64,000 bases of DNA from Longimicrobiales bacterium (GTDB lineage: Bacteria; Gemmatimonadota; Gemmatimonadetes; Longimicrobiales; Gaopeijiaceae): the NCBI GenBank assembly GCA_965202985.1, contig CBDBCF010000002.1:638451-702450 (forward strand). The letters run 5' to 3'. Under the pieces are notes generated by a model. That model saw only the letters and a list, made by a program, of their open reading frames with translations, ran no database searches and was not told the origin of the DNA. This document shows, piece after piece, positions 48,354-57,072 of this stretch (position 1 is the first letter of the stretch; every line of letters starts with the position of its first letter). A program made the translations under genes and the position numbers.

Positions 48354-48451
48354 CTGCCATTTTGGCAGGACGAGGGCGCCCCGAGCGCCATTTTCCTGCC
48401 ATTTTGGCAGGTTGCGACGCGACTTGACCGGCCGTTCTGCCATTTTGGCAG
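48354..48451. promoter_or_regulatory. Three phased copies of a perfect 15-bp palindrome CTGCCATTTTGGCAG in the clpB/OPT divergent intergenic region
   Basis: Exact copies lie at 48354-48368, 48396-48410 and 48437-48451 (start-to-start 42 and 41 bp). Degenerate relatives are GCCATTTTCCTGCC (48387-48400) and GCCATTATTGGC (48561-48572). Confidence 0.7.
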
Positions 48452-48609
48452 TCCTTCGCGACCGGCCCGGCGCAACACGCGGCCTATCCATGAAAGATTC
48501 GTGCCACGGCTTGGCGTCGGCCCCCGGCGGGCCTAGCCTTGTCCCGCTTCCGGGCCGGGGGCCATTATTGGCGGCCTACTTCCCTCCCAGAAGGACGCGC
48601 CGTTCCAAG

Positions 48610-50637
48610 ATGGCTGCCACCGACTCCCCCTCCCCGGATCGCAAGGGTCTGCCGCCCGAGGCGTACGAACCCGTTCCCGGCGAACAGTACCGACCCTACG
48701 TCGCGCCCGAGACCTCGCTTCCCGAGCTTACGCTGCGGGCAGTGGGAATCGGCCTGATCCTGGCCGTGGTCTTCGGCGCCGCGAACGCCTACCTGGGGCT
48801 CCGGGTCGGGCTCACGGTGAGCGCGTCGATCCCGGCGGCGGTCATGGCCGTGGCGATCTTCCGGGCGATCCGGCGCGGGTCGATCCTGGAGACCAACATG
48901 GTCCAGACGATCGGCTCGGCGGGCGAGTCGGTGGCGGCGGGGGTCATCTTCACCTTGCCCGCCCTGTACATCTGGCAGCGCACCGACCCCTCGATCGTCG
49001 TGGACCTGGTGGAGATCTCGGTGATCGCGGCGTTCGGGGGCATCCTGGGCGTCCTGTTCATGATCCCGCTCCGGCGCTACCTGATCTCGCGCGAGCACGG
49101 CAAGCTGCCCTACCCCGAGGGCACGGCCTGCGCCGAGGTGCAGGTGGCCGGCGAGGTCGGCGGCAGCAAGGCGCGGCTTCTGTTCTCGGGGCTGGGCGTG
49201 GGCGCGCTGTACCAAGCGCTGGCGAACAGCCGGGGACTGGCGCTGTGGAACGAGTCGCCCAGCGTGCCGCTGCCCCGGAAGGCGGAGATCGGCGGCGACT
49301 TCACGCCCGAGCTGCTGGGCGTCGGCTTCATCATCGGGCCGCGCATCGCCGCCATCATGTTCGGCGGAAGCGCCCTGGCATGGCTGATCCTGATCCCGCT
49401 GATCGACCTCTGGGGCGGCGACGCCGTCGTCTACCCGGCCACCGCGCCCATGGCCTCGCTGGGGTCGAGCGAGATCTGGAACCACTACATCCGGTACGTG
49501 GGCGCCGGCGCGGTGGGCTTCGCCGGCATCGCGACGCTGCTCAAGTCGCTGCCCGTGATCGCGGAGTCGTTCAAGCTGGGGCTGTCCCACGCCGGGAGCG
49601 GGCCAGGCGCCGACGCCGCGCGGCGCACCGACCGGGACTTGCCCCTGAAGCTGGTCCTGGGGCTGGCCGGCCTCATGGCGGTCGCGCTGTGGCTGTGGCC
49701 GGGCGTGCCCGTGGGTCCGCTGGGCGCCGTGCTCATCGTCGTGTTCTCGTTCTTCTTCGTGACGGTGTCCAGCCGCATCGTGGGCCTGATCGGGTCGTCG
49801 TCGAACCCGGTGTCCGGGATGACGATCGCCGCGCTCATCCTGACCTCGCTGATCTGGGTGGCCCTGGGACTGGCCGACGGAGGGGCCGGCGCCAAGGTGG
49901 CGGTGCTGGCCGTGGGCGCCGTGGTGTGCATCTCCGCCGCCGTGGCCGGCGACACCTCGCAGGACCTGAAGACGGGCTTCCTGGTGGGCGCCACGCCGCG
50001 CCGGATGCAGATCGGCGAGATGACGGGCGTGCTGGCCAGCGCGGCGGTCATGGGCCTGGTGCTGATGGTCCTGAACGAGTCCTACGGGCTGGGCACGGCC
50101 GACGGACTGCCCGCCCCCCAAGCCACGCTGATGAGCCTGGTCGTCGACGGCGTGCTGAACGCTTCCCTGCCCTGGGGGTTCGTGCTGCTGGGCGTCGCCA
50201 TCGCCGCGGCGGCCGAGTTCGTGTTCAAGCTGCCGTCGCTGGCCTTCGCGGTCGGCGTCTACCTGCCCGTCTCGCTCATGACGCCGATCTTCGTGGGCGG
50301 GCTCATGCGCGGGCACTTGGCGCGGAAGTTCGGCGGTGCGGACGCAGGCGGCGCCGCGAACGCCGACCTGGCCGAGAAGCGGGAGCGGGGCGTGCTGTTC
50401 GCGTCGGGGCTGATCGCCGGGGCGGCGCTGGTCGGCGTCCTGATCGGCGGCGCGATCTACGCGGTGACGCGCATCACCGGCAACCCGGACGCGGCGTCGG
50501 CTTGGATCGTGGGGCACGGCTGGATGGACGGCATCTGGGCGCAGCTGGCGTCGGTAGCCGGCGGACTGGTCTTCGCCGGCCTGTGCTGGCTGCTGTGGCG
50601 CGCCGCCGTCCGCGAGCCCGACCAAGACGCCGCATGA
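48610..50637 (+). CDS. OPT-family oligopeptide transporter
   Basis: 'PELTLRAVGIGLILAVVFGAANAYLGLRVGLTVSASIPAAV...QTIGSAGESVAAGVIFTLPAL' with about 16 TM segments. 675 aa. Confidence 0.85.
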   Translation: MAATDSPSPDRKGLPPEAYEPVPGEQYRPYVAPETSLPELTLRAVGIGLILAVVFGAANAYLGLRVGLTVSASIPAAVMAVAIFRAIRRGSILETNMVQTIGSAGESVAAGVIFTLPALYIWQRTDPSIVVDLVEISVIAAFGGILGVLFMIPLRRYLISREHGKLPYPEGTACAEVQVAGEVGGSKARLLFSGLGVGALYQALANSRGLALWNESPSVPLPRKAEIGGDFTPELLGVGFIIGPRIAAIMFGGSALAWLILIPLIDLWGGDAVVYPATAPMASLGSSEIWNHYIRYVGAGAVGFAGIATLLKSLPVIAESFKLGLSHAGSGPGADAARRTDRDLPLKLVLGLAGLMAVALWLWPGVPVGPLGAVLIVVFSFFFVTVSSRIVGLIGSSSNPVSGMTIAALILTSLIWVALGLADGGAGAKVAVLAVGAVVCISAAVAGDTSQDLKTGFLVGATPRRMQIGEMTGVLASAAVMGLVLMVLNESYGLGTADGLPAPQATLMSLVVDGVLNASLPWGFVLLGVAIAAAAEFVFKLPSLAFAVGVYLPVSLMTPIFVGGLMRGHLARKFGGADAGGAANADLAEKRERGVLFASGLIAGAALVGVLIGGAIYAVTRITGNPDAASAWIVGHGWMDGIWAQLASVAGGLVFAGLCWLLWRAAVREPDQDAA

Positions 50638-50969
50638 GGCCCATGCCTGCGCGCCTGTCCGTGGTCGCGGCCTGCCTGTCGCTGGCAATCGCGTGCTCGC
50701 CGAGCGCCGACCCGACGCCCGTGCCCGAGGGCGTCATGAGCCGGGAGGCGTTCGTGGACGTGTACGTGGCGCTGCGCCGGGCCGGCCTGCAGTCCGGTCG
50801 GATGGTCGCGGCACCGTCGGAGCGGGAGCGCATCCTGACCGAGCACGCGACCTCGGAAGAAGCGCTGCTGGAGTTCGCCGAAGTCCACGGGGCCGATGCG
50901 GCGTTCATGAAGGAGGTGTGGGACCAGGTCCAGCAACGCCTCCAACAGCACGACGCCGAGACGCCCTGA
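50634..50969 (+). CDS. Small lipoprotein, unknown function
   Basis: ATG 50634 overlaps the OPT stop (ATGA). Lipobox 'LSLAIAC'. 111 aa. Confidence 0.55.
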   Translation: MRPMPARLSVVAACLSLAIACSPSADPTPVPEGVMSREAFVDVYVALRRAGLQSGRMVAAPSERERILTEHATSEEALLEFAEVHGADAAFMKEVWDQVQQRLQQHDAETP

Positions 50970-50981
50970 CCGGCCTGGGCC

Positions 50982-51016
50982 GGCGCCGCCTCCGGCCGAA
51001 GCGCCGTTATATTTTC
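50982..51016 (+). terminator. Possible intrinsic terminator after the OPT operon
   Basis: GGCGC...GCGCC stem followed by GTTATATTTT. The pairing is weak. Confidence 0.3.
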
Positions 51017-51041
51017 CAGGGGCGTCGCGTTGCGTCGAAGA

Positions 51042-51112
51042 TGGCCCGTCGTCTAATGGCAAGACACCGGTCTTTGGAACCGGTGATGGTGGTTCGACTC
51101 CACCCGGGCCAA
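51042..51112 (+). tRNA. tRNA-Gln (anticodon UUG)
   Basis: TGGCCCGTCGTCTAATGGCAAGACACCGGTCTTTGGAACCGGTGATGGTGGTTCGACTCCACCCGGGCCAA. The acceptor stem is TGGCCCG/CGGGCCA, the anticodon stem CCGGT/ACCGG, the anticodon loop CTTTGGA and the T-loop TTCGACT. CCA is not encoded. Confidence 0.9.
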
Positions 51113-51339
51113 CTCTCCGCCCCGCAACCCGTGGATAAACGGGCTTGGCGCGTGCGCGACAGAACATTGGCGGGACACGGGCGGCTTGGAGCGGCCCAAA
51201 GATGCACCGAAGCGGCTCATAGCAGACCATGGGGCGGTCGTCTGCACCGTCACACCCACCACGGGTTACCAGGTCTTACTTGCCTACAAGTCTCTGCTCC
51301 ACTCAAGTTTTTCAATATCTCGTCGGCCCCGTTCGATTA

Positions 51340-51600
51340 TCAGTACCTGCGGCGTCGCGGCGGGTCCCGGGATATCGCCGTATACGTTCGACCAGGGGCA
51401 TGACCAAGCGCCCAAGTAGACCAAGACCAGCTCCTCGCCTCCCGTAGAAGACGCTGACGGGGAAACGAGCCGGGGTCAATCCAGGAGGCCTGCCACGTGA
51501 CTGATATCTTGGGCACAGGAAATACACCCTTTATGCCAAGAATAATGCCCACTGCCGCTCCCAAGACCACCGTTCCGAGATAGGGGCGCTTAATAGTCAT
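51340..51600 (-). CDS. Small hypothetical membrane protein (low confidence)
   Basis: ATG 51600 overlaps the stop of the upstream lipoprotein gene (ATGA). There is an N-terminal hydrophobic helix 'YLGTVVLGAAVGIILGI'. It lies inside the low-GC islet. Confidence 0.3.
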   Translation of the reverse strand: MTIKRPYLGTVVLGAAVGIILGIKGVFPVPKISVTWQASWIDPGSFPRQRLLREARSWSWSTWALGHAPGRTYTAISRDPPRRRRY

Positions 51601-52820
51601 TCTTGCGTAGATGCACGCATAACAAAGACTTCAATCTGAGGGTAGGGGTCGGCGGTGACAACGACATAGCGGTTTTCGTTGATTGCCATGACCTGCCCAA
51701 GATCGGTCGACACCTTCGCTCCCCTCCCGGTCGGCAGATCAAGCAAATAGGTATCTATTGTGGATTTGGGCCTCGTATCCTCCGGTGCCATTGCTCCAAA
51801 ACGCTCAACTTGCAGCAACAGATGGGAATCTAGATATGGCAGTATCCTCACGATCACGTCCCAATCTGCCGTCGACATCTGGGTCAATCTGGTTTCAGTA
51901 CCCTGCATCACCATCTGTCGGTGGTCCAATAAGCGAGCAGTCCAAACGACAGAGCCGTCCACAACACTCATGAGGCGGAGAAAATTAAGAGGCGGAAATG
52001 CATGCACTATGAATTCGGCATCTCCGTGGTCCACACAGGCAACCGGACCACGGTTCGCAATCACATAGCGTATCAAGGGCGACGGATCCTGATAGCCCAA
52101 GCCAAAGCTCCTGGTTTGCTCCCCGGCCCCAATCGGGATTTCATGCAGCAACACGTTTCGAGTCGACCTTGTATCGGCACCTGCCACAATCGTACGACCC
52201 GACTTCGTGACACAGGCCATGCCGCCAGCAAGCGGCAACGGCCTAGTTTCGCGATAACTCCAGCCTGACACGGTGCGACCAAAGACCTTGAGGTGCCGCC
52301 CAGTGCCAACGACCAGAATATCTCCAGAGGGTTCCATCTCAATCGCATACGCGCCCCGCAACTCTTCGGGTCCGTCACCCAAGCGACCGAAGGCCTCTAC
52401 GAACTCGCCTGACGGATCGAAGACACTGACCCTCTGGAAATGTCCATCTAGCAACAGGATTCTGTTCTGCCAATCAAGTACTACGTCCTCAATTCGACCG
52501 AAAACGTCCGGGCCGTCCCCCTCGAATTCTCCCAGGCGATACACCAAATCGGCATCGGCGAGGCTCCGGCGTGCAACGGTCCAAGCGACGAGCCTATCAG
52601 GAGTAAGGCCGACTGGCACCGAGTCGGGCACGATCGGAGAGGCAGTGGCCGGTGGCTGGTTCGGGTCGGTGGGGTGATCAATCACCGCTGGAGCGCGGTC
52701 GCATCCACCCAGGCTTGCCGCAACCAAGCAAGGCAAAACCCATCGACCGCGCACTCGTTGCCAACACGGCGCACCCCGCACGCATCGGGTCGTACGCGGG
52801 GTGCGCCGTCTCGGTCTCAT
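51597..52820 (-). CDS. Beta-propeller-like lipoprotein (same motif family), in the low-GC islet
   Basis: Lipobox 'AASLGGC'. Motifs 'GRLGDGPEEL', 'GEFEGDGPDVF', 'ILLLDGHFQRVSVFD' and 'GDILVVG'. 407 aa. GC is about 52-58%, versus about 70% in the flanks. Confidence 0.7.
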   Translation of the reverse strand: MRPRRRTPRTTRCVRGAPCWQRVRGRWVLPCLVAASLGGCDRAPAVIDHPTDPNQPPATASPIVPDSVPVGLTPDRLVAWTVARRSLADADLVYRLGEFEGDGPDVFGRIEDVVLDWQNRILLLDGHFQRVSVFDPSGEFVEAFGRLGDGPEELRGAYAIEMEPSGDILVVGTGRHLKVFGRTVSGWSYRETRPLPLAGGMACVTKSGRTIVAGADTRSTRNVLLHEIPIGAGEQTRSFGLGYQDPSPLIRYVIANRGPVACVDHGDAEFIVHAFPPLNFLRLMSVVDGSVVWTARLLDHRQMVMQGTETRLTQMSTADWDVIVRILPYLDSHLLLQVERFGAMAPEDTRPKSTIDTYLLDLPTGRGAKVSTDLGQVMAINENRYVVVTADPYPQIEVFVMRASTQE

Positions 52821-52933
52821 GTTCTGCCCCCGGTGCTGCCCTGGGCTGTGGCTGAGAGGTCGCTTACCGTCGCGACGATGGTCCCGCCGACGAGGAGCCC
52901 GACGACGATACAGGCCACCTCAGCATCGTGCAT
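52817..52933 (-). CDS. 38-aa hydrophobic mini-ORF, translationally coupled to the lipoprotein gene (speculative)
   Basis: I translated it by hand as MHDAEVACIVVGLLVGGTIVATVSDLSATAQGSTGGRT. Its TGA overlaps ATG 52820 (ATGA). The AGGAGA is only 1-2 nt from the ATG, which is poor spacing. Confidence 0.2.
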   Translation of the reverse strand: MHDAEVACIVVGLLVGGTIVATVSDLSATAQGSTGGRT

Positions 52934-53216
52934 GTCTCCTGATCTGGAACTTGGCGGTTGTGGCGGAGTGGAGCCGGGTCAGGCAACTCCACCAAGATGA
53001 CCGTAATCATACAACCAGGAGGAAGCGAATGCAAGCTCCTTGTTGAGACGGTTGCCAGACCACGAGAGACAGAAGTTCCGTAAGTGTATAACGCTCATTG
53101 TATTTACGGCCACACAGCAATCTGGAACACCGAGGACTGGGCTCCTCGGACTCTCGCCGACTGTGCCCCGAAGCCCCTCGAACCTGGGCAGGTGCAGGCA
53201 CCCGTTGTCCTCGAGC

Positions 53217-53642
53217 CTACCGCCGCAGCCACGACCGGTGGAGGGGGCGTTCGATCGTCAGGAAGACGGTTTCGCCGGGGCTGACGGAGACTTGGTTGGT
53301 GGTGAAGCTGTCGCCGGCCAGGATGTCGATTCGGATGCGCAGGTCGTTGACGCCGGGCCAGGGAAGGTCGAACGACTTTCGGCCGTTGCCGGAAACAACC
53401 CCCAGTCGGCGCTCGGTGCGGTACAGCGCCCGAAGCGTGGCCTCGTTGAAGTTGTTGTTGATCACGCTGACGCGAACGCTCTCGGCCCCCGAGCCCCGGC
53501 TCTCGAAAGGGTTGGACGGCTGGGCGGTCCCGGCGCAGGCGGACGCAACCCACGCCGCCAGCAGCGTCGCCGCCAAGCTCGCGGGTCCGCGCCCGACCGA
53601 CCGGAGTCGGCAACCGCCGCGCGGCCGCCGGAACGCCTTCAG
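53217..53642 (-). CDS. Small lipoprotein, unknown function
   Basis: '...LAATLLAAWVASAC' is a lipobox, followed by a beta-rich ~110-aa domain. The only start giving a charged n-region is CTG 53642 (CTGA overlap with the upstream stop). The start is uncertain. Confidence 0.45.
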   Translation of the reverse strand: MKAFRRPRGGCRLRSVGRGPASLAATLLAAWVASACAGTAQPSNPFESRGSGAESVRVSVINNNFNEATLRALYRTERRLGVVSGNGRKSFDLPWPGVNDLRIRIDILAGDSFTTNQVSVSPGETVFLTIERPLHRSWLRR

Positions 53643-56600
53643 CTGACCAGCCGCCGGTCCTCGATGGGCTCCAGGCCCTCGCGGATCAGCAGTTCGTTGA
53701 GCCGGCCCAGGTCGCGCCGGATCACGATCCCCATTTGGGATATCTGCTCGTCCAGCAGAGCCGACAGGTGGCGGAAGACTTCGCGGGACTGGTCGGTGGG
53801 CCGGCTCTCGGAGCTTTCGACCACGCCCAGGAGCGCGGCCAGCTTGTTGTTGAGCTTGATGGGGTAGTTCAGCGGGTCCTGGTTGCTCTGGTTCCGGACT
53901 TGGTAGATCTCGGCCTCGACCACGTTCAGGTTCTCTTCGACCACATCGGCCTGCGTCGCCACGTCCTCGGCTTCGGTGTTCTCCAAGCGGTCGGCGATCT
54001 CGCCTTCGATCTCGCGCACCTTGATCACGGCCTCGTTGGCCTCGGACACGCGATCCCGTATCTGGATCGCCAGGTCGAAGCGCGCCTGCAGGTCGGCCAC
54101 GGTCACGCCTCCCAAGTTCGGGTTGATCTCGATCTCGAAGTCGCGGACCTGGGGCGGGCCGTCGTTCACGGTCATCCGGACCGAGTACGAACCGGGGACC
54201 GCCATCGGCCCCATGGGTCGCGCCGCCCACATGATTCGGCCTTCGAAATCGGTCCACTCGGGGTAGCGCAGGTCCCAGCGGAAAGCGTGCGCGCCCGCCT
54301 TCACCGGCGGCGTGCGGTTCCCGCCCCCGCCGAAGAACCGCGCGAACGGGCTGTCGTCCTCCTCTTCGTCCTCGTCCTCGCTGGGCACGCCTTCCCACGA
54401 GCGCACCGTCTCCCCCGCCCCGTCCAGCACCTCGATCGCCACGCGCTCGGCGTCTTCGGCCAGGTAGTACTGGAAGCGCGCGCCGCCCAGGCCGCGAACA
54501 GGATCGGCGGGATCGAACAGCCACCACTCCGCCGCCGCCACCTCTTCCGTGGCCTGCCGCAGCGGCCCGATGTCCTCCAGCACCCAGAACGACCGCCCGT
54601 GCGTGGCGATCACCAGGTCGTGCTCCTCGACCACCAAGTCCGACACCTGCACCACGGGCAAGTTCAGGGACAGGGGCTGCCAGCGCCCGCCGTCGTCGAA
54701 CGACACGTACACGGTGCGTTCCGACGCCGCGTACAGCAGCCCGGGCCGTACCGGATCCTCGCGCGTCGCGCGCACGAAGTCGTCCGCGGGGAGGCCGTCC
54801 ACGATCTTGGTCCAGCTGGCGCCGTAGTCGTCGGTCTTCCACACGTACGGCGCCCGGTCGTCGTCCACCAAGTAGCGGATCCCCGACACGTAGGCCTTGC
54901 CCCGCGTGGTGGGCGACGCCTCGACGGTGTTGATGCGCACGAACTCGGGCGCGTCCGGCGGCGTCACGTCGGTCCAGTTCAGGCCGCCGTCGCGCGTGAC
55001 GTGGACCAGCCCGTCGTCGGAGCCGGCCCAGATCGTCCGGGGGTCGTGGTACGACGGCGCGACGGCGAAGACGGTGGCGTACGTCTCCACTCCCGTCTGG
55101 TCCTTCGTGATCGGGCCGCCGGACGGGCCCATCGTCATGGGGTCGGCGCGGGTCAAGTCGGGGCTGATCTGCTCCCACGACTGTCCCTCGTTGGTGGTCT
55201 TCCAGACCTTCTGCGTGGCCGTGTAGAGCACGTTGGGGTCGTGGTGCGAAAAGACGATGGGGAACGTCCACTGGACCCGTTCGATCAGGTCTTCCGAGGA
55301 CTGCCCCATAGGGTTCTCGGGCCAGACGTTGACGGCGCGAGTGGCCCCCGTGGCCATGTCGAAGCGCGACAGCGCGCCGCCGTAGCATCCCGCGTAGAAC
55401 ACGTCCAGGTTGATCGGGTTGGGCGCCACGTAGCCGCTCTCGCAGCCGCCCACGGCGTAGTACCACGAGCGGTTGCCCGGCCCGCGGGCGGCCATCTGGT
55501 TCCAGCCCCGCACGGGGATGCACGCCGTGGAGTTGTCCTGCTGGCCGCCGCAGATGTGGTACGGCGTGTGCTCGGTGGTGATCACGCGGTAGAACTGGGC
55601 GGTCGAGTAGTCCTGGTCGGTCCAGCTTCGGCCGCCGTTGAAGGTGACGTTGGCGCCCCCGTCGTTGCCGTTGACCATGCGGTCCGAATCGTCGGGCGCG
55701 ATCCACAGGTCGTGGTTGTCGCCGTGCGGCACGCGAATCCCGCGCGGGAACGTCTCGCCGCCGTCCCGGGAGCGGTACAGGCCCGTGTTCAGCGCGTACA
55801 TGACGTCTTCGTCGTTGGGATCGGCGTAGACGCGCGTGTAGTAGAAGGCGCGCTGCCGCAGCTTGCGTTCGTCGTTGACGCGCTCCCAGGTGGCGCCGCC
55901 GTCGTCCGAGCGCCAGACGCCGCCGTCGGGTTCGTGCTCGATCAGCGCCCACACCCGCTCCGGGTTCGCCGGCGACACCGCCACGCCGATCTTGCCCACC
56001 GGCCCTTCGCCCAGCCCCACGTTCTCGGTGATCTCGGTCCAGCTCTCGCCGCCGTCGGTGGACTTGAAGAGTCCGCTGTCCTCGCCTCCCGACGACATGC
56101 CCCACGAGCGCCGCCACGCCTCCCAGATCGACGCGTACAGCACGTCGGGGTTGGTGGCGTCCACGCTGACGTCTGCCGCCCCGGCCTTGTCGCTCCGGTA
56201 CAGGACCTTGCGCCACGTCTGGCCGCCGTCGGTGGTCTTGAAGACGCCCCGCTCCGGGTTCGGCGCCGAGTGCTTGCCGAAGGCGGCGGCCCAGGCCACG
56301 TCGCAGTCCTCGGGGTGAATGCGGATGCGCGCGATGTTCTGCGTCTCGCGAAGGCCGACGTGCTCCCAAGTCTCGCCGCCGTCGGTGGACTTGTAGGCCC
56401 CGTCTCCCTGCTGGATGTTGCCGCGCAGCTGCGTCTCCCCGGTGCCCATGTACACCACGTCGGGGTCGACCTCGCACACCTGCACGGCCCCGATCGACGC
56501 GCTTCCGATCTGCCCGTCGGTCACGGGCTCCCAGTTCTGGCCGGCGTCGGTGGACTTCCACAAGCCGCCGCCCGTGGTGCCCATGTAGTACTCCATGGGC

Positions 56601-56797
56601 CTGGCTCCGGAGCCCGCGACGGCGATCGACCGTCCGCCCCTGGGCGGCCCCACGTTTCGCCACTCCAGAGACGACCAAAGGGCCTCCGGGTAGGCGGGTT
56701 CCTGGACGGCGCTGGCCGGAACGGCGCTGACGGGGACAAGTACGGCGGCGAGCGCGAGGGCGCGGAGGAAGGACGCGCGAGGGAGGCCGGAATGCAT
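53639..56797 (-). CDS. Secreted BNR/Asp-box repeat protein (sortilin/VPS10-like double beta-propeller)
   Basis: Signal peptide 'MHSGLPRASFLRALALAAVLVPVSAVPASA'. There are at least 8 Asp-boxes (STDAGQNW, STDGGETW, TTDGGQTW, STDGGESW, SDDGGATW, SRDGGETF, TRDGGLNW, FDDGGRW). 1052 aa. Confidence 0.82.
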   Translation of the reverse strand: MHSGLPRASFLRALALAAVLVPVSAVPASAVQEPAYPEALWSSLEWRNVGPPRGGRSIAVAGSGARPMEYYMGTTGGGLWKSTDAGQNWEPVTDGQIGSASIGAVQVCEVDPDVVYMGTGETQLRGNIQQGDGAYKSTDGGETWEHVGLRETQNIARIRIHPEDCDVAWAAAFGKHSAPNPERGVFKTTDGGQTWRKVLYRSDKAGAADVSVDATNPDVLYASIWEAWRRSWGMSSGGEDSGLFKSTDGGESWTEITENVGLGEGPVGKIGVAVSPANPERVWALIEHEPDGGVWRSDDGGATWERVNDERKLRQRAFYYTRVYADPNDEDVMYALNTGLYRSRDGGETFPRGIRVPHGDNHDLWIAPDDSDRMVNGNDGGANVTFNGGRSWTDQDYSTAQFYRVITTEHTPYHICGGQQDNSTACIPVRGWNQMAARGPGNRSWYYAVGGCESGYVAPNPINLDVFYAGCYGGALSRFDMATGATRAVNVWPENPMGQSSEDLIERVQWTFPIVFSHHDPNVLYTATQKVWKTTNEGQSWEQISPDLTRADPMTMGPSGGPITKDQTGVETYATVFAVAPSYHDPRTIWAGSDDGLVHVTRDGGLNWTDVTPPDAPEFVRINTVEASPTTRGKAYVSGIRYLVDDDRAPYVWKTDDYGASWTKIVDGLPADDFVRATREDPVRPGLLYAASERTVYVSFDDGGRWQPLSLNLPVVQVSDLVVEEHDLVIATHGRSFWVLEDIGPLRQATEEVAAAEWWLFDPADPVRGLGGARFQYYLAEDAERVAIEVLDGAGETVRSWEGVPSEDEDEEEDDSPFARFFGGGGNRTPPVKAGAHAFRWDLRYPEWTDFEGRIMWAARPMGPMAVPGSYSVRMTVNDGPPQVRDFEIEINPNLGGVTVADLQARFDLAIQIRDRVSEANEAVIKVREIEGEIADRLENTEAEDVATQADVVEENLNVVEAEIYQVRNQSNQDPLNYPIKLNNKLAALLGVVESSESRPTDQSREVFRHLSALLDEQISQMGIVIRRDLGRLNELLIREGLEPIEDRRLVS

Positions 56798-57072
56798 GGG
56801 CAAGGGATCCTGTTGTGCGACGGGACGGGATGAGGCGCGGAGCGGGTCCGCGGGACGGGAGGCAAGATACGGCTCGCGGAGGTCCGGGACCAGCCGAAGG
56901 GGGGTGCCGCCGCTGGTTGCCTGCCGCCGAATCGTGCCCGGATATGCGCCTTTGGGACGGCGGCATGTCCGCATGGGAACCAGTTCGCTTCCGGGGGTTG
57001 CGTTGGCCGCCGGCAGGGCCTTGATTCCAGGCGAACCGGCTGGGAACCCCTTGTCCTCGGAAAGGACCTGCG

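Noticed and set aside
52986-52993. A possible att-type direct repeat of the tRNA-Gln 3' end (ACTCCACC) at the far side of the low-GC islet.
   Set aside because: Only 8 nt match (tRNA: cgACTCCACCcgggcca; distal: caACTCCACCaagatga). That is too short to distinguish from chance, and no integrase is present. No mobile-element call is made.
53007-53201. A 64-aa minus-strand ORF in the low-GC spacer. The small plus-strand ORFs 51186-51419 and 51229-51447 after tRNA-Gln were also considered.
   Set aside because: They have no SD/start context, no motifs and non-canonical or weak starts. They are probably chance ORFs in non-coding islet DNA.
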